This document shows, one piece after another, positions 10,171 through 20,827 of a stretch of DNA of 64,000 nucleotides. The notes beneath the pieces are model-generated. The model was not told the DNA's origin. It did no database searches and saw nothing but the letters and a program-made list of their open reading frames with translations. The position numbers and the translations under genes were made by a program. The DNA lies in assembly GCA_044226015.1 (NCBI GenBank), contig JBGAHS010000006.1, forward strand, positions 512,001 to 576,000, in the 5' to 3' direction. This stretch comes from Candidatus Obscuribacteraceae bacterium. GTDB taxonomy: Bacteria; Cyanobacteriota; Vampirovibrionia; Obscuribacterales; Obscuribacteraceae. Positions within the stretch are counted from its first letter, which is position 1; each line of letters begins with the position of its first letter.

Positions 10171-12999
10171 CTAGTTTTCGGCTTCGACTATCTTAATCCT
10201 TGCTATCTCATCGCCGCGTGCTATCGACTCGACTACATTCATTCCAGAAATAACCTTTCCAAAAATGGTATATGAGCCATCAAGATGTGGCTGGGCGGAA
10301 TGCGTGATGAAGAATTGACTTCCTCCAGTATCTTTGCCAGATAAAGCCATGCCAACAACTCCAGGACCGTCATATTCAGCTCGGTTTATTTCGCAACGAA
10401 TCTGATAGCCAGGACCTCCATTCATATCATTGCGCGGGTCACCACTCTGGACAACAAAATTTGGGACCACTCGCATAAAAGTAATATTCTTGTTGAAATA
10501 GCCATCACTACTGAGAGAAATAAAATTATCGACAGTCATAGGCGCTTGCTGATTTAGCAATTGAATGACTATGTCGCCCTTTACAGTTTGGATTTTGGCC
10601 GTGGACTTAGCTGAAGACAGAGCTGCCACCCTTCTATAGTATTCCTTGCCATGTTTTGTATTCACAGGCCCAAGTTTGTAGTTTGGAAAACTCCTCAAGT
10701 CAGCCAGTCTGGCGAGCTCAAAAGCCTTCTTCTTCACCAGGTAATCCTGCTCATTTCTATCTTCGAGCACCTCTTTGTTGAAAGGATGCTTCAGCTGATC
10801 CGCAGCATCCAAAATGCTTAGCCTGGCATCATTCATTGCATCATTTCGAGAAGCTACAAAAGCGTTGTGCAGAGCAGTGATCACATCGTCTGAAGCAAGA
10901 CCCGACTCAGCCAGCAAGGAAGCTGCCCCAGCCTTAACTATTACATCTTCATCTAACAAACACTTCAAAACAATTTGCTGTGAATTGGAAATTTTGCAAG
11001 CAGCAACGGCATTCAAAAGGTCAGCCTTCGAACGCGGGTCTTTATTTGATTGCCACAGCTGCAATAAGGTTTCCCTGGCTCTTTCAGTTTTCAGCTCGCC
11101 TAAGCCCTGTGCAAACGCTGCCTCAGACTGCCAACTGCCTTCCGCGGACTTCCGAGCCGACTCATCAAAAAATGCTTCATCTCCGAATTTGGCTAAAGCA
11201 ATCTCTATCTCAGGCTGCAATCGGATGGGAAGCATTTCGGCTCGCAGTGACTTCAAAAAGGGAATCGCCGAGGGGTCAGCGATAGAGCCAAGAGTGCTTG
11301 CTAAAAGCAAAAGCTCGTTCTGAGTCGAGGGAATTCTCGCTCCACTCTTTTTAGCCATTCTATATTTTGCTAACTCTGCCTCACCATACTTCAATAAATC
11401 TGGAACTGCACTTTTATCTCCAATTGAACCCAGTGCTACAACGCAAGAGCGAACGACAAACGAATCATCAGAGACAAGAAGCCTTCGAAGCAGCTCTACT
11501 GATTCCTTATCTTTTGCCACCCCAAGTGCACGAATCGCGTATGCAACAGAGTCTCGCCTTGCCTGAGTGTCAAAAACAATGTTCTTTCTGAGCATCACCA
11601 GATAAGGCTGAAGCTCTTTCTTAGACCTGGCTAGCACATTCGCTGATTGCCAACGAATAGTCTCGCTAGACGATTGAAGTTGCTTAGCGACCGATTTCAA
11701 GCCCTCAGTGTCCGCAGCACGCAATATAGCTATCATGCCTTTTGAAATCAGCTCATGACCTTCACGCGTATCTGGTGCATTGTCGATTGCTCTGCTTATG
11801 TTTTTTACTAAATCTGTCTTTCTTCCTTCCAGCTCCTTGGCGGAAATTTTGTTCGCCAGTATTTTGCCTAGCGACTCTGCAGCAAGTGCCTTCGCCACAG
11901 TAGAGCCGTTCGCAAGAGTATCCACAAGGAATTCAACGCTCTTGCTGTTCTCCATTTCCCCAGTGCACCACACAATACTATTGAAATTGGAAGATTGCCG
12001 CTTTGCCAAATCTAAAAGTAAGGGAATTGTTTTTTCGTCGCCGATTCTCGCAATTGAGAGCAAAATTCTGCCCTTCTCAAGCTTTTCATCCACTAGCATT
12101 TCTTGCAACTTATCGCTCACCAAGCGCAGGTCTTCACACTTTATGCACTCAATCAGTTCAGCGGTTTTGAGTTCTCTTTCAGTAGCCTTCCCTTGTGACT
12201 CATTAACACCCTTTTCATTCGTTGCAAACGCGGCTTTCATTTCGGCAGCATCAACTAATTCGTCTGTTCTAGTCAACTCTTCAGATGCAGCCTGTATTTC
12301 GGCGGCATCAGGTTTCACTTTCGAAAGCTCATTTATGAGATCGCGCGTGTGTTCGCCTTTCTCATACTCATTTTTCTGTGAATATATCAACGTCAAAGTC
12401 CCATAAGCAGCTAGCTTCTTGCCTCGCGCATTTTGACACGTGGGATCATTTGCAAGCTTGAGAATTTCAGCGCACATATCCTCAGCCTCTTTGTACTTTC
12501 TTTCCCGGCAATACTCATCAGCAAGAGCGCTCATGATTTGATACTTCAGAGTTTCCGGCGCATCACCCTTATTTGCTATTGCCAGGGCTTCCGAGAGAAC
12601 TGAGTCAAGCGGTACTTCTTTCTGATTCGACTCGCATAGAAATGAGTAGCGCAAGAGACAACGTGCTAAGCCGAGAGGACTTCCAACGCCATCTCGCTTG
12701 CGCAACTCAATCGCTCGCTTGTACTTATCAATGGCATTGTCTGCGTCCTTTTCGCTGATTGATTCCGCCAAATGTTCAAGCGCAACGGCAAGAACAGCCG
12801 GGTTAGCAGCTTTAGCGGCGCAGTTTTCTACAGCGAGCCACTTTTCATACGTATTTTCCTTATCAGAGAACTCTGCCCTTTGTGCTTCGTTAAGCAACTT
12901 TTCAAGCTTTGAAGAACTCTTAGCTGTAGCTTCTGGCGATGCAAGAAGCAGCAAACAGAGGAAACCAGCAAGACCAGGGAAACTAAATGACCTAAACAT
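10171..12999 (-). CDS. Secreted TPR + HEAT repeat protein with C-terminal cyclophilin-type PPIase
   Basis: APMTVDNF, RVVPNFVVQSGDP, GKDTGGSQFFITH..QPHLDGSYTIFG; HEAT repeats; likely start MFRSFSF. Confidence 0.88.
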   Translation of the reverse strand: MFRSFSFPGLAGFLCLLLLASPEATAKSSSKLEKLLNEAQRAEFSDKENTYEKWLAVENCAAKAANPAVLAVALEHLAESISEKDADNAIDKYKRAIELRKRDGVGSPLGLARCLLRYSFLCESNQKEVPLDSVLSEALAIANKGDAPETLKYQIMSALADEYCRERKYKEAEDMCAEILKLANDPTCQNARGKKLAAYGTLTLIYSQKNEYEKGEHTRDLINELSKVKPDAAEIQAASEELTRTDELVDAAEMKAAFATNEKGVNESQGKATERELKTAELIECIKCEDLRLVSDKLQEMLVDEKLEKGRILLSIARIGDEKTIPLLLDLAKRQSSNFNSIVWCTGEMENSKSVEFLVDTLANGSTVAKALAAESLGKILANKISAKELEGRKTDLVKNISRAIDNAPDTREGHELISKGMIAILRAADTEGLKSVAKQLQSSSETIRWQSANVLARSKKELQPYLVMLRKNIVFDTQARRDSVAYAIRALGVAKDKESVELLRRLLVSDDSFVVRSCVVALGSIGDKSAVPDLLKYGEAELAKYRMAKKSGARIPSTQNELLLLASTLGSIADPSAIPFLKSLRAEMLPIRLQPEIEIALAKFGDEAFFDESARKSAEGSWQSEAAFAQGLGELKTERARETLLQLWQSNKDPRSKADLLNAVAACKISNSQQIVLKCLLDEDVIVKAGAASLLAESGLASDDVITALHNAFVASRNDAMNDARLSILDAADQLKHPFNKEVLEDRNEQDYLVKKKAFELARLADLRSFPNYKLGPVNTKHGKEYYRRVAALSSAKSTAKIQTVKGDIVIQLLNQQAPMTVDNFISLSSDGYFNKNITFMRVVPNFVVQSGDPRNDMNGGPGYQIRCEINRAEYDGPGVVGMALSGKDTGGSQFFITHSAQPHLDGSYTIFGKVISGMNVVESIARGDEIARIKIVEAEN

Positions 13000-13107
13000 T
13001 ATTTCTTTGATGCGATAAATGGAACGATACTTGAGAAGATGGAGCCTGGCGAAAGCTGAGGGACCCATTCAAGCATTGAAATTATAATGCATCGCAAAGG
13101 AGCAAAA

Positions 13108-13704
13108 ATGACTGCAGGCAGAACTATCATGGCACTTTGTGTTTTATTAGCTTCATCATCCGCCTCGACGGAAGTACTGGCACAAGACTCTGTGCAAAAA
13201 ACAAAGAGTGAATCTAGCTCGAAACAAGCCTCATCGGATAATAAAAAACAAAATCAGACTAAGAACTCGATAATAGCTGACGGCTTTTACCATGTCATCA
13301 GGTTTTCAAAAAACAAGAGCGAGGTTCTGCCGGTTCACGAAGACGAAAAATTAGTCGAATACGATTATCACCTTTTACAAGAAGACGAGAGAGAGCCCGT
13401 AGAATACGAGGTGATTGAATATAAAAGCTTCGTCCCTATTATTTTGGATGGAGATCCTCAAAAGGAAAAGGACAACAAAGGTCGCCCCAATCTATTGATC
13501 AAACTTTCCGAAAGCCAGATCAAACCACTTGAGGAATTCACCAGCAAACATTTGGGAAGCCGAGTTGCAATAGTAATTGGCAATCAAATTGTGACTATGC
13601 ATAAAATCAGAGAAGCTATCACGGGTGGCAAAATTCAAATTTCCAGGTGTAGTGACCACGGCTGTGAGGTAATCTACACACAGCTGCAAAAGGACAAGAA
13701 ATAA
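13108..13704 (+). CDS. Secreted SecDF P1-head-like domain protein
   Basis: AAGGAG RBS; signal peptide; FTSKHLGSRVAIVIGNQIV...IREAITGGKIQIS. Confidence 0.75.
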   Translation: MTAGRTIMALCVLLASSSASTEVLAQDSVQKTKSESSSKQASSDNKKQNQTKNSIIADGFYHVIRFSKNKSEVLPVHEDEKLVEYDYHLLQEDEREPVEYEVIEYKSFVPIILDGDPQKEKDNKGRPNLLIKLSESQIKPLEEFTSKHLGSRVAIVIGNQIVTMHKIREAITGGKIQISRCSDHGCEVIYTQLQKDKK

Positions 13705-13730
13705 ACTGTGTCCTAGACTTGCCGAAGCAA

Positions 13731-15254
13731 CTAATTTTCTCTGGTCAGCTCGACAGGCAATTCAAAAGAGAACGTGCTGCCCATGCCGACGTCGCTATCT
13801 ATCGTGATTTTGCCACCAAGCAATCCCACATATTCTTGCGCGATGGAAAGCCCAAGTCCTGTTCCACCGTAAAGTCTTGATGTTGATTCATGCGCCTGAG
13901 AAAATGGCTTAAACAGTTTGGACTGGTTCTCAGCAGAAATGCCGATGCCCGTGTCCTTTACTGCAAATCGAATTCCATTGTTTGATAGACTGACCAGCAA
14001 TTCTACTGCACCAGTGGGAGTAAACTTACTTGCGTTGCTTAGCAAATTCAAAACCACCTGACGAAGCTTTGCAGGGTCAGAGGACATTTTGGTTGGAACG
14101 TTTTCGTCAATTTTTACGAAAAGCTCCAAGCCTTTCTCTTCGATCGACCTACGAGTTAGTGCCACCACATTCGACATCAACTCATGAGGATTAAACTCAA
14201 TAATTTCCAACACAACTCGACCAGACTCAAGCCGAGCGAAGTCGAGCATCTCATTAACCATTCCCATCAAAAGCTTTGACGACTCGAATATGGCGTCTAC
14301 TGATTGCTTCGTATCAGATTCCAGGTTGTTTTCGAGTGCAATCAGTTCACTCAAACCAACAATACTTGCAAGTGGAGTACGAATCTCGTGAGTGATGTTA
14401 GCAATGAATTGCGATTTCAATTGATTTGCTTTGATAGCTTCATCTCGCGCTAAACGTATTTCCGACTCATATCTCTTCACGTCGGTGAGGTCACGGGTTA
14501 CTTTGATGAACCCCGAGACTTCTCCTTCCGAAGTCTTTATACAGGTTATGGTCACGCTAGCCCAGAACGTGCTTCCATCTTTTCGGATTCGCCAACCTTC
14601 TTCGGTGTAGCGACCAGCCAGCGCAGCCTGCTCTAGTTCAAACTGAGGATGCTTCCGATTTCGAGACTCTTCTGTATAAAAAATCGAAAAGTGCTGCCCA
14701 AGAATTTCACTTGCAGAATAACCATTTATTCTTGCGGCACCCTGATTCCACGAGCTGATATACCCATCTCTATCTAAGAGAAAAATCGCATAGTCAGTGA
14801 CTTCATTTACCATAGTTTGAAAAGAAGCCTGGCTCTTTTCCAGTGCAGCTTCAGAAATTCGATTAATTGCGAGGAGCGAACGTCTCTCAGTGAGGTCGCG
14901 CGTTACCTTTGAGAACCCAATATGTTGATGATTTTCATCAAACATAGCAGTTATTACAACATGAGCCCAGAACTTCTCACCGTTCTTTCGCAGACGAAAG
15001 CCATCTTCTTTGTAGGAACCATTCTTTAAAGCCGTTGCCAAAATGGAGTTAGCGTGTTCCCTCTTATTGTCATTTGACTCATGAAAAACTGAGAAATGCT
15101 CGCCTAGAATTTCCTTTTCAGAATAGCCCTTGATTCGCTCAGCGCCTTTATTCCAACTCACAACATGTCCGAGTGGATCGAGTGCAAAAATGGCATAGTC
15201 GGTGACGTTTTGCACCATATGCCGAAAAAGTCTTTCGTCGGTCTTTGTATCCAT
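13731..15254 (-). CDS. PAS-PAS sensor histidine kinase
   Basis: Two PAS domains (DYAIF.LD..G...SWN.GA), H-box THEIRTPL, N-box NLLSNASKF, GGTGLGL. Confidence 0.93.
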   Translation of the reverse strand: MDTKTDERLFRHMVQNVTDYAIFALDPLGHVVSWNKGAERIKGYSEKEILGEHFSVFHESNDNKREHANSILATALKNGSYKEDGFRLRKNGEKFWAHVVITAMFDENHQHIGFSKVTRDLTERRSLLAINRISEAALEKSQASFQTMVNEVTDYAIFLLDRDGYISSWNQGAARINGYSASEILGQHFSIFYTEESRNRKHPQFELEQAALAGRYTEEGWRIRKDGSTFWASVTITCIKTSEGEVSGFIKVTRDLTDVKRYESEIRLARDEAIKANQLKSQFIANITHEIRTPLASIVGLSELIALENNLESDTKQSVDAIFESSKLLMGMVNEMLDFARLESGRVVLEIIEFNPHELMSNVVALTRRSIEEKGLELFVKIDENVPTKMSSDPAKLRQVVLNLLSNASKFTPTGAVELLVSLSNNGIRFAVKDTGIGISAENQSKLFKPFSQAHESTSRLYGGTGLGLSIAQEYVGLLGGKITIDSDVGMGSTFSFELPVELTREN

Positions 15255-15440
15255 GGATCAGACAATAGTCACAATAGATTCTGGTGTTAAGAGTACCATT
15301 TTGCTCAAAAGAAATCACTGGAGTAACGCTGAAATTAAAATGTTTAGCGCTGTTTCGCTGATCCACTTTGAACTTCAACTTGGAACCAGAAGCTGAGAAT
15401 GCCGTCGAGAACGCATACAGCACCCAAGAAGGAAGAGAAT

Positions 15441-15830
15441 ATGAATAAGAAGAATTTATTAGCTGCTTTCCTCACCCTGGCGTTCTGCGGCGCATCACAA
15501 ATTGCTCCAGCAGAAGCTAGAGACGATCAAAAGGAAATGCTCAATCGAATGGCAGTTCAAATGTGGATGAATCAGCAAGCACAGCAACAATCGAATGCGT
15601 ACAATCAGCAACTCTACAATTTGAATCAACAAGCAGCAGCTGAAGCAGAATGGCAAAGACGTAATGGTTCATATCCTTACAAGGATCAATTTGGCAGAGC
15701 CTATGGACCGTACGGATATGCACCTGGCACCAACGTCTATGGTGGAAATTACAACGTGAGACGCCAGAATTACAATCTTCAGCGACGATTGAATCATATC
15801 CGCAACAACCAATATAGAAGAGGTTGGTAG
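15441..15830 (+). CDS. Secreted Gln/Asn/Tyr-rich hypothetical protein
   Basis: RBS before ATG 15441; signal peptide ending AEA; downstream hairpin agcagg..cctgct plus T run at ~15865-15883. Confidence 0.7.
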   Translation: MNKKNLLAAFLTLAFCGASQIAPAEARDDQKEMLNRMAVQMWMNQQAQQQSNAYNQQLYNLNQQAAAEAEWQRRNGSYPYKDQFGRAYGPYGYAPGTNVYGGNYNVRRQNYNLQRRLNHIRNNQYRRGW

Positions 15831-16300
15831 TTAGTTAAAGTTCGATCCCACAAAGAGCAGGATAGCACCCTGCTTTTTGTTTTTGCTGACTCAGCCACAT
15901 TTCTTACCAGTTCGAACCTCTCACGCCAAACCCGCAAAACCGGTACGCTACCGTAGTACCTTCCATACGCCGTTGCCTAGCACTTTCTAGACCTGACAAT
16001 CATTGCTTGTTAGATTCTGCTGCCGTGGAACCTTGCGATTTCAGCCAATCAAAACCATCACCTTCCAAATAGTTACTTTTGGATTTACTCACAAAAAATA
16101 ACACCAAGCAAGATTCATTTGAAGAATGTATCGATTGTCCTTAACCAATAACTACAAAAAGTGTTCGCACCGAATCGCGAGCCCTTCAACGGGGGCGCTT
16201 GCCTCTCGATTTCCTCCCGGAAACGCGCAAAGAGAATTTCCACAGAATTACAATATCGCAAATTCTATCTCTCGAATGAGGAAAAAGCTGCGAGCAAATT

Positions 16301-17185
16301 TCAGGCGGCGTGCGGCACTCTTCCAATCTCTTGATCTGCCAGAAATTTGTCCACCATCTCAGAGAGAATAGATGCAGAACTGTACTGGACATTATGCGGC
16401 GCACCTTGAACAGGTACGTATTTCACATCAACATTGAAGGCTCTTACAACCTTGTGAGTCCATTCTTCTGGAGCTATCGCATCATTACTACCCCTTACGA
16501 TGAGGGTTTTACATTGAATTTTTGGAACCTGAAAAAGAGTTCGATAGTTCACCATGATTTGAGACGTTCGAATTGCCCTCATCAAGCCCATCTCCCACAA
16601 GTCCTTCAACAAGACGAGAAACATAGTGGGATGTTCGAACAATCCATCGCAGCATAGCCGCAAAAATTGCAAGAACACATGTGGCCAACTTCGGTCACAT
16701 GTGGGTCCTATGAGAATAAGGCGCTCCACTAATTCAGGATAATTGGCAGTCAAATGGACCGCCACCTCGCATCCGTAAGAATTAGCTAGAACATACGCCC
16801 TGTCAATATTGTTCTGACGCAAAAACTCAGCCAGGATGGCAGCTTGCTCTTGCACACCTAAGGTTCGCTTCGGCTTGCAACTACCACCATGACCGACAAG
16901 GTCTGGCAGAAGCACACGGTATTTTTGACAGAGAAGCTCAGCTGTCGGAAGCATATAGCGCCTTGATACGAGTGCTCCATGAATCATCAAAATGGGCAAG
17001 CCTTGAGGATGAGAAGGCGAGGCAGCAACTGAATAAACGTCGTATCCAAAGCACTCAGTGTGAGCATCTGTGAATCCCTCAGGAATGTCTATACACCGAG
17101 GTTTCCCACGCTCGGCAGAGGTTCGAGGAACGTACGCACCTTTAACACAATTCATTTCCATGGCTTTCACCAAAACAATTTTCAC
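16301..17185 (-). CDS. Alpha/beta fold hydrolase
   Basis: IHG oxyanion motif, PDLVGHGGS, nucleophile elbow ANSYG, GSNDAIAP, GAPH. Confidence 0.9.
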   Translation of the reverse strand: MKIVLVKAMEMNCVKGAYVPRTSAERGKPRCIDIPEGFTDAHTECFGYDVYSVAASPSHPQGLPILMIHGALVSRRYMLPTAELLCQKYRVLLPDLVGHGGSCKPKRTLGVQEQAAILAEFLRQNNIDRAYVLANSYGCEVAVHLTANYPELVERLILIGPTCDRSWPHVFLQFLRLCCDGLFEHPTMFLVLLKDLWEMGLMRAIRTSQIMVNYRTLFQVPKIQCKTLIVRGSNDAIAPEEWTHKVVRAFNVDVKYVPVQGAPHNVQYSSASILSEMVDKFLADQEIGRVPHAA

Positions 17186-17283
17186 TTACGCTGCTGTTGA
17201 TGAAATGAGTCCATTCTTTGTTCCCGCAAGAAGCCAGAAGTTTCTGAATGCTATAATGTCCATTCAAGGCAAAGCGCAAAAAC

Positions 17284-18444
17284 ATGAATCTCACCAATCA
17301 AATTTGGATAGCTGGCTTACTTGTATTTTTAGGTGTGCAAGCAATGTCGTTAGCAACGCAGGCTTCTGAGCACTCCAGAGTAGGTGTTTCAAAAACAAGT
17401 TCAAGCAGTGCTACACAATCAAGCAGCAAGAAAGAAAAAGCACTCAGATCAAAAGAAACTGATGAGTTGCCTAATCCCAAAGGCTTAGACATGGACGAAC
17501 TGAGAGTCCACCTTCGAAGCGATGGACTTACGGGTGAGATTCACGCAGCAGACCCAACGAATAGACAATTCGTTTTCACCTACAGAGACCCAGCGGATTT
17601 TTTCAACAACGTTCAAATCGGCATGGTGTCGCACAAGATAGAGGTGGTCGAGTTTTTCTCAAGAATGAAACGCCACGACATCGTGAAAATCAAAGGCGAT
17701 TTTTTTCACGTTGGCGAATTTCTACCTGAGAGTCCTCAACCTCATATTGAAGTGACTGAGATTTCCACGGTTAAGCAATACGAGCCTTCTGTTGTTGCTG
17801 AAGAAAAGTTCCACAAACAGACAGTTTTGCCAAATGAATTGAGAGTGAAAAATAGAGCAAATTTTCTTGTACATGCAATTTTGAAAAATGGTTCATTCAT
17901 GGTGCTGGAATACAAAGATAACTTTGTTTTTGTCTCAGTTCCAGATACGACGTTTACGAAGGATCTCTACAGAAACGACCGAATAGTAATGCGATACAAA
18001 ATTCAGACATTTCCAGAGAAACCCACTCATCTCGAACTTGACACTGACACTTCCGATAACAAGAAGCCAATCGAGGTTCTTGATTCCGTTCATAACCTGC
18101 ATGGAAAAATACTAACTCAAGAAGGACATCTGGTCCGATTTCCGAAAAGCCCTCAAATAAATAGAGATATATGGGCTATTGAGCAAAGAGACAACGAGGA
18201 GAACAACTCAAGAACCTTTACCCTTGTGAATTTCAGCAAACCAGGCGAGCAAAAACGCATCGATGAGAAGCTGAAAGATTGGTGGGACAGAACTGACAAG
18301 AACGCTATTCTGGATGGGCGAAATAAACTCATCAATAGAGAAATCAAAATACGGGCAAAAGGTATTATGAATGTCGTTGCACCGAACCAAGCCAATGCGC
18401 AAATGAAACTGAAAGCAAAGGACATTGTTTTGTTGAAGAACTGA
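17284..18444 (+). CDS. Secreted hypothetical protein (possibly repeated OB-like beta domains)
   Basis: 386-aa ORF with signal peptide; no family recognised. Confidence 0.65.
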   Translation: MNLTNQIWIAGLLVFLGVQAMSLATQASEHSRVGVSKTSSSSATQSSSKKEKALRSKETDELPNPKGLDMDELRVHLRSDGLTGEIHAADPTNRQFVFTYRDPADFFNNVQIGMVSHKIEVVEFFSRMKRHDIVKIKGDFFHVGEFLPESPQPHIEVTEISTVKQYEPSVVAEEKFHKQTVLPNELRVKNRANFLVHAILKNGSFMVLEYKDNFVFVSVPDTTFTKDLYRNDRIVMRYKIQTFPEKPTHLELDTDTSDNKKPIEVLDSVHNLHGKILTQEGHLVRFPKSPQINRDIWAIEQRDNEENNSRTFTLVNFSKPGEQKRIDEKLKDWWDRTDKNAILDGRNKLINREIKIRAKGIMNVVAPNQANAQMKLKAKDIVLLKN

Positions 18445-18459
18445 GGTCTGACGCAGCTG

Positions 18460-20412
18460 ATGGAATCATCTGGCTTCGAGCTACATAAATTCGAAGAGCT
18501 GCTACCGGCAGATTATCAGCTTATTGAATGCCTTGGCGAAGGGGGCTCAGGAACTGTTGTGAAGGCATTCTATTCGCCAATAAGCCAGTTCGTTGCTATA
18601 AAATTTTTTCAGAGCGCCTCGGTTGGTGGACAAGATGATGCAGAGCGTTTAAGGCGGGAAGCAAAAGCTATCGCCAAACTTGACCATCAAAATATTGTTC
18701 GTGTTCTGCACACGGGCATGGCAAAGAATGAGACCCCCTTCTTGGTCTATGAATTCATAGAGGGCAAAGATTTGCTTTCTTTCTTTCGCTCACAAAGCGA
18801 GTTAGACAAAGCAAAATTGGCCAGCGCAGTTCAACAAATTTGCGACGGTTTGGAATACGCCCATACGAAGGGAATTGTTCATCGCGATGTAAAACCAGCA
18901 AATATAGTTGTTTCAGACTGCTCAGATGACACCATCTCCGTCAAGATTTTGGATTTTGGTATTGCAAGCGTTGACAGCTCGCATGAAGGAGCAAGCACAA
19001 GCAACACAAAAACTGGAACGATAAAAGGAAGCCCCCAATACATGAGCCCCGAACAATGCAAGGGACAAAGAGTCGATAAACGCACAGATGTCTACTCTCT
19101 TTCTTGTGTCTTGTTTGAAATTCTTACGGGACAGCCAGCTTATTCTGGTGAAACACCATACGAACTCCTGTACAAACACATCGGGGCACCATTACCGGTG
19201 CCTCAAAAGTCATTTTCAGCAAGCTTAAATTCCTTTTTTGAGAGGGGACTTGCTAAGGACAGAGAAGCACGGTACGACAGTATGTCGAGCCTCTGTGCCG
19301 CATTTCTACCGTCTCTAAATACTTTGAAGAGTAAACCTAAATTCGCAGTAGATAGCCGGTTAATCCCAATAGTAGCCTTAGTCGTTTGCTCTTCAGCAAT
19401 CATACTTCTAACACCATTTTTGTCGAAGAAAAAGGTACCAGCTGATGCAATCGTCCACCCTTCAGCTCCGAAGATCAAGAAAAGTCTTTCCAATCAGGTA
19501 CACGATGAAATCAGACGGGCAGAGTCGCTTACTGTCAGAGCAAATCCCAATGAGAAACGCGATTGCATAAAGAATCTAAATGTAATCATTCAGGCGCTTG
19601 ATTCCGCCAGTGGAAGCAGAGATTACACTCCTGAGAAATTTATTTGCTATGACGTTATATCAGATCTAAACACGGAGCTTTTAGATAAGAGCGGTACCGA
19701 AGCAGCTCTTCAACAGTGCGTAGCTATATCTGACAAATGGGCGCCGGAAGGCAAAGAATGCCTGCAATCTTTCAAGGGTTACACCCTGCTTGCAAAACTC
19801 GAATGGGAAAGAGGAGACAAAGCGGCCTTTGCAAAATACGTGCAAAAAGCAGAGCGAATCTACAAAGCTATTAAGGAGCAAAAGTTTACCGGAAAAGAAT
19901 TACCATTTAATTACCACTGTATGGATATTCCAAATATGGAATGCGGACTTAGCGCGATTCAATGCTACTCGGCGCTGGAAGCGCATGAACTGGACCGTGC
20001 CGAGTTTCTAGCTAAACGCTCAATCAAAGATGCACGCACCGTATGGGGAGCAGACATAATTGATAGACCATTCATTCTGCTTACACGCGTTCATCTGGCA
20101 AAAGGTGATCGTGATGCAGCCAGAAACGAGATTATTAATACTATGAAAGCGCTTTCGTCGATGAATAGCGCATCTACTAAAGATCTGGTGGCGAAACATC
20201 TTTTCGACGCCTACGATTCAGCAAATGCATGTAATCAAGCTGAAACTTTTGTGCGCGAAAAAATAAAAGACTCAAATTTAGAGAAGCTGGTCACAAAAAC
20301 AAAAGAAGAAATTGTTCAGAACCACCGACGGCTCTTTGAACCAGGTGCGCCTACTAACGAAAACGATTTGGAAGACCTGAACCGCCTACACCGCCTGGGG
20401 ACAGTGCTTTAA
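18460..20412 (+). CDS. Hanks-type Ser/Thr protein kinase with TM helix and TPR-like C-terminus
   Basis: GEGGSG, VAIK, HRDVKPAN, DFG, GSPQYMSPE; hydrophobic segment at ~aa 300-320. Confidence 0.93.
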   Translation: MESSGFELHKFEELLPADYQLIECLGEGGSGTVVKAFYSPISQFVAIKFFQSASVGGQDDAERLRREAKAIAKLDHQNIVRVLHTGMAKNETPFLVYEFIEGKDLLSFFRSQSELDKAKLASAVQQICDGLEYAHTKGIVHRDVKPANIVVSDCSDDTISVKILDFGIASVDSSHEGASTSNTKTGTIKGSPQYMSPEQCKGQRVDKRTDVYSLSCVLFEILTGQPAYSGETPYELLYKHIGAPLPVPQKSFSASLNSFFERGLAKDREARYDSMSSLCAAFLPSLNTLKSKPKFAVDSRLIPIVALVVCSSAIILLTPFLSKKKVPADAIVHPSAPKIKKSLSNQVHDEIRRAESLTVRANPNEKRDCIKNLNVIIQALDSASGSRDYTPEKFICYDVISDLNTELLDKSGTEAALQQCVAISDKWAPEGKECLQSFKGYTLLAKLEWERGDKAAFAKYVQKAERIYKAIKEQKFTGKELPFNYHCMDIPNMECGLSAIQCYSALEAHELDRAEFLAKRSIKDARTVWGADIIDRPFILLTRVHLAKGDRDAARNEIINTMKALSSMNSASTKDLVAKHLFDAYDSANACNQAETFVREKIKDSNLEKLVTKTKEEIVQNHRRLFEPGAPTNENDLEDLNRLHRLGTVL

Positions 20413-20449
20413 CTTTCAACCTACTCCATTGAAAGACAATGGACCCAAC

Positions 20450-20478
20450 AAAAAAGCGACTTTCGAAAAAGTCGCTTC
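20450..20478 (-). terminator. Intrinsic terminator downstream of the displaced tRNA-Val 3' end
   Basis: Minus-strand hairpin aagcgacttt/aaagtcgctt plus T run. Confidence 0.7.
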
Positions 20479-20487
20479 TAAAAAAGA

Positions 20488-20535
20488 TTGGGCGGTAAGA
20501 GACTCGAACTCCTAACCCCCTCGGTGTAAACGAGG
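20488..20535 (-). repeat. att site: duplicated 3' portion of tRNA-Val
   Basis: 48 bp matching 24693-24740 with 2 mismatches. Confidence 0.93.
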
Positions 20536-20665
20536 AGGTATAACGAAGATTGTAGGGTTTTGGGGATTTTCTGTTGTTTTTCCAAAATGCCCATACCTTT
20601 CTCGTAAGGCTTGACTTATCTCCATTTACAGACTTTATAGATTCCTCTCGTTTTCTCTTGTTTGA

Positions 20666-20693
20666 TTTCGGGAGTAGCAGGCTAGTAGCATGT
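20666..20693 (+). repeat. 28-bp direct repeat, copy 1 (putative integrase arm-type site)
   Basis: tttcgggagtagcaggctagtagcatgt, identical to 24640-24667. Confidence 0.85.
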
Positions 20694-20827
20694 AAATTCT
20701 GTGTCTGCTTTTCTATAGATGTAGGCCAGCAGGGACTGTATTGATATTAGCAGTCCTTACTTGCCCTGCAATGAGCATCAAAATGAAGCAATAGCTTGCC
20801 CTGACAAATGGAGTAAAATTCCTCAAA

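Noticed and set aside
15890..16300. Intergenic region and the 72-81 aa ORFs in it
   Set aside because: No convincing coding signal, repeat or stable fold seen
20488..20535. Second functional tRNA-Val
   Set aside because: Lacks the D-arm and 5' acceptor strand; it is an att remnant
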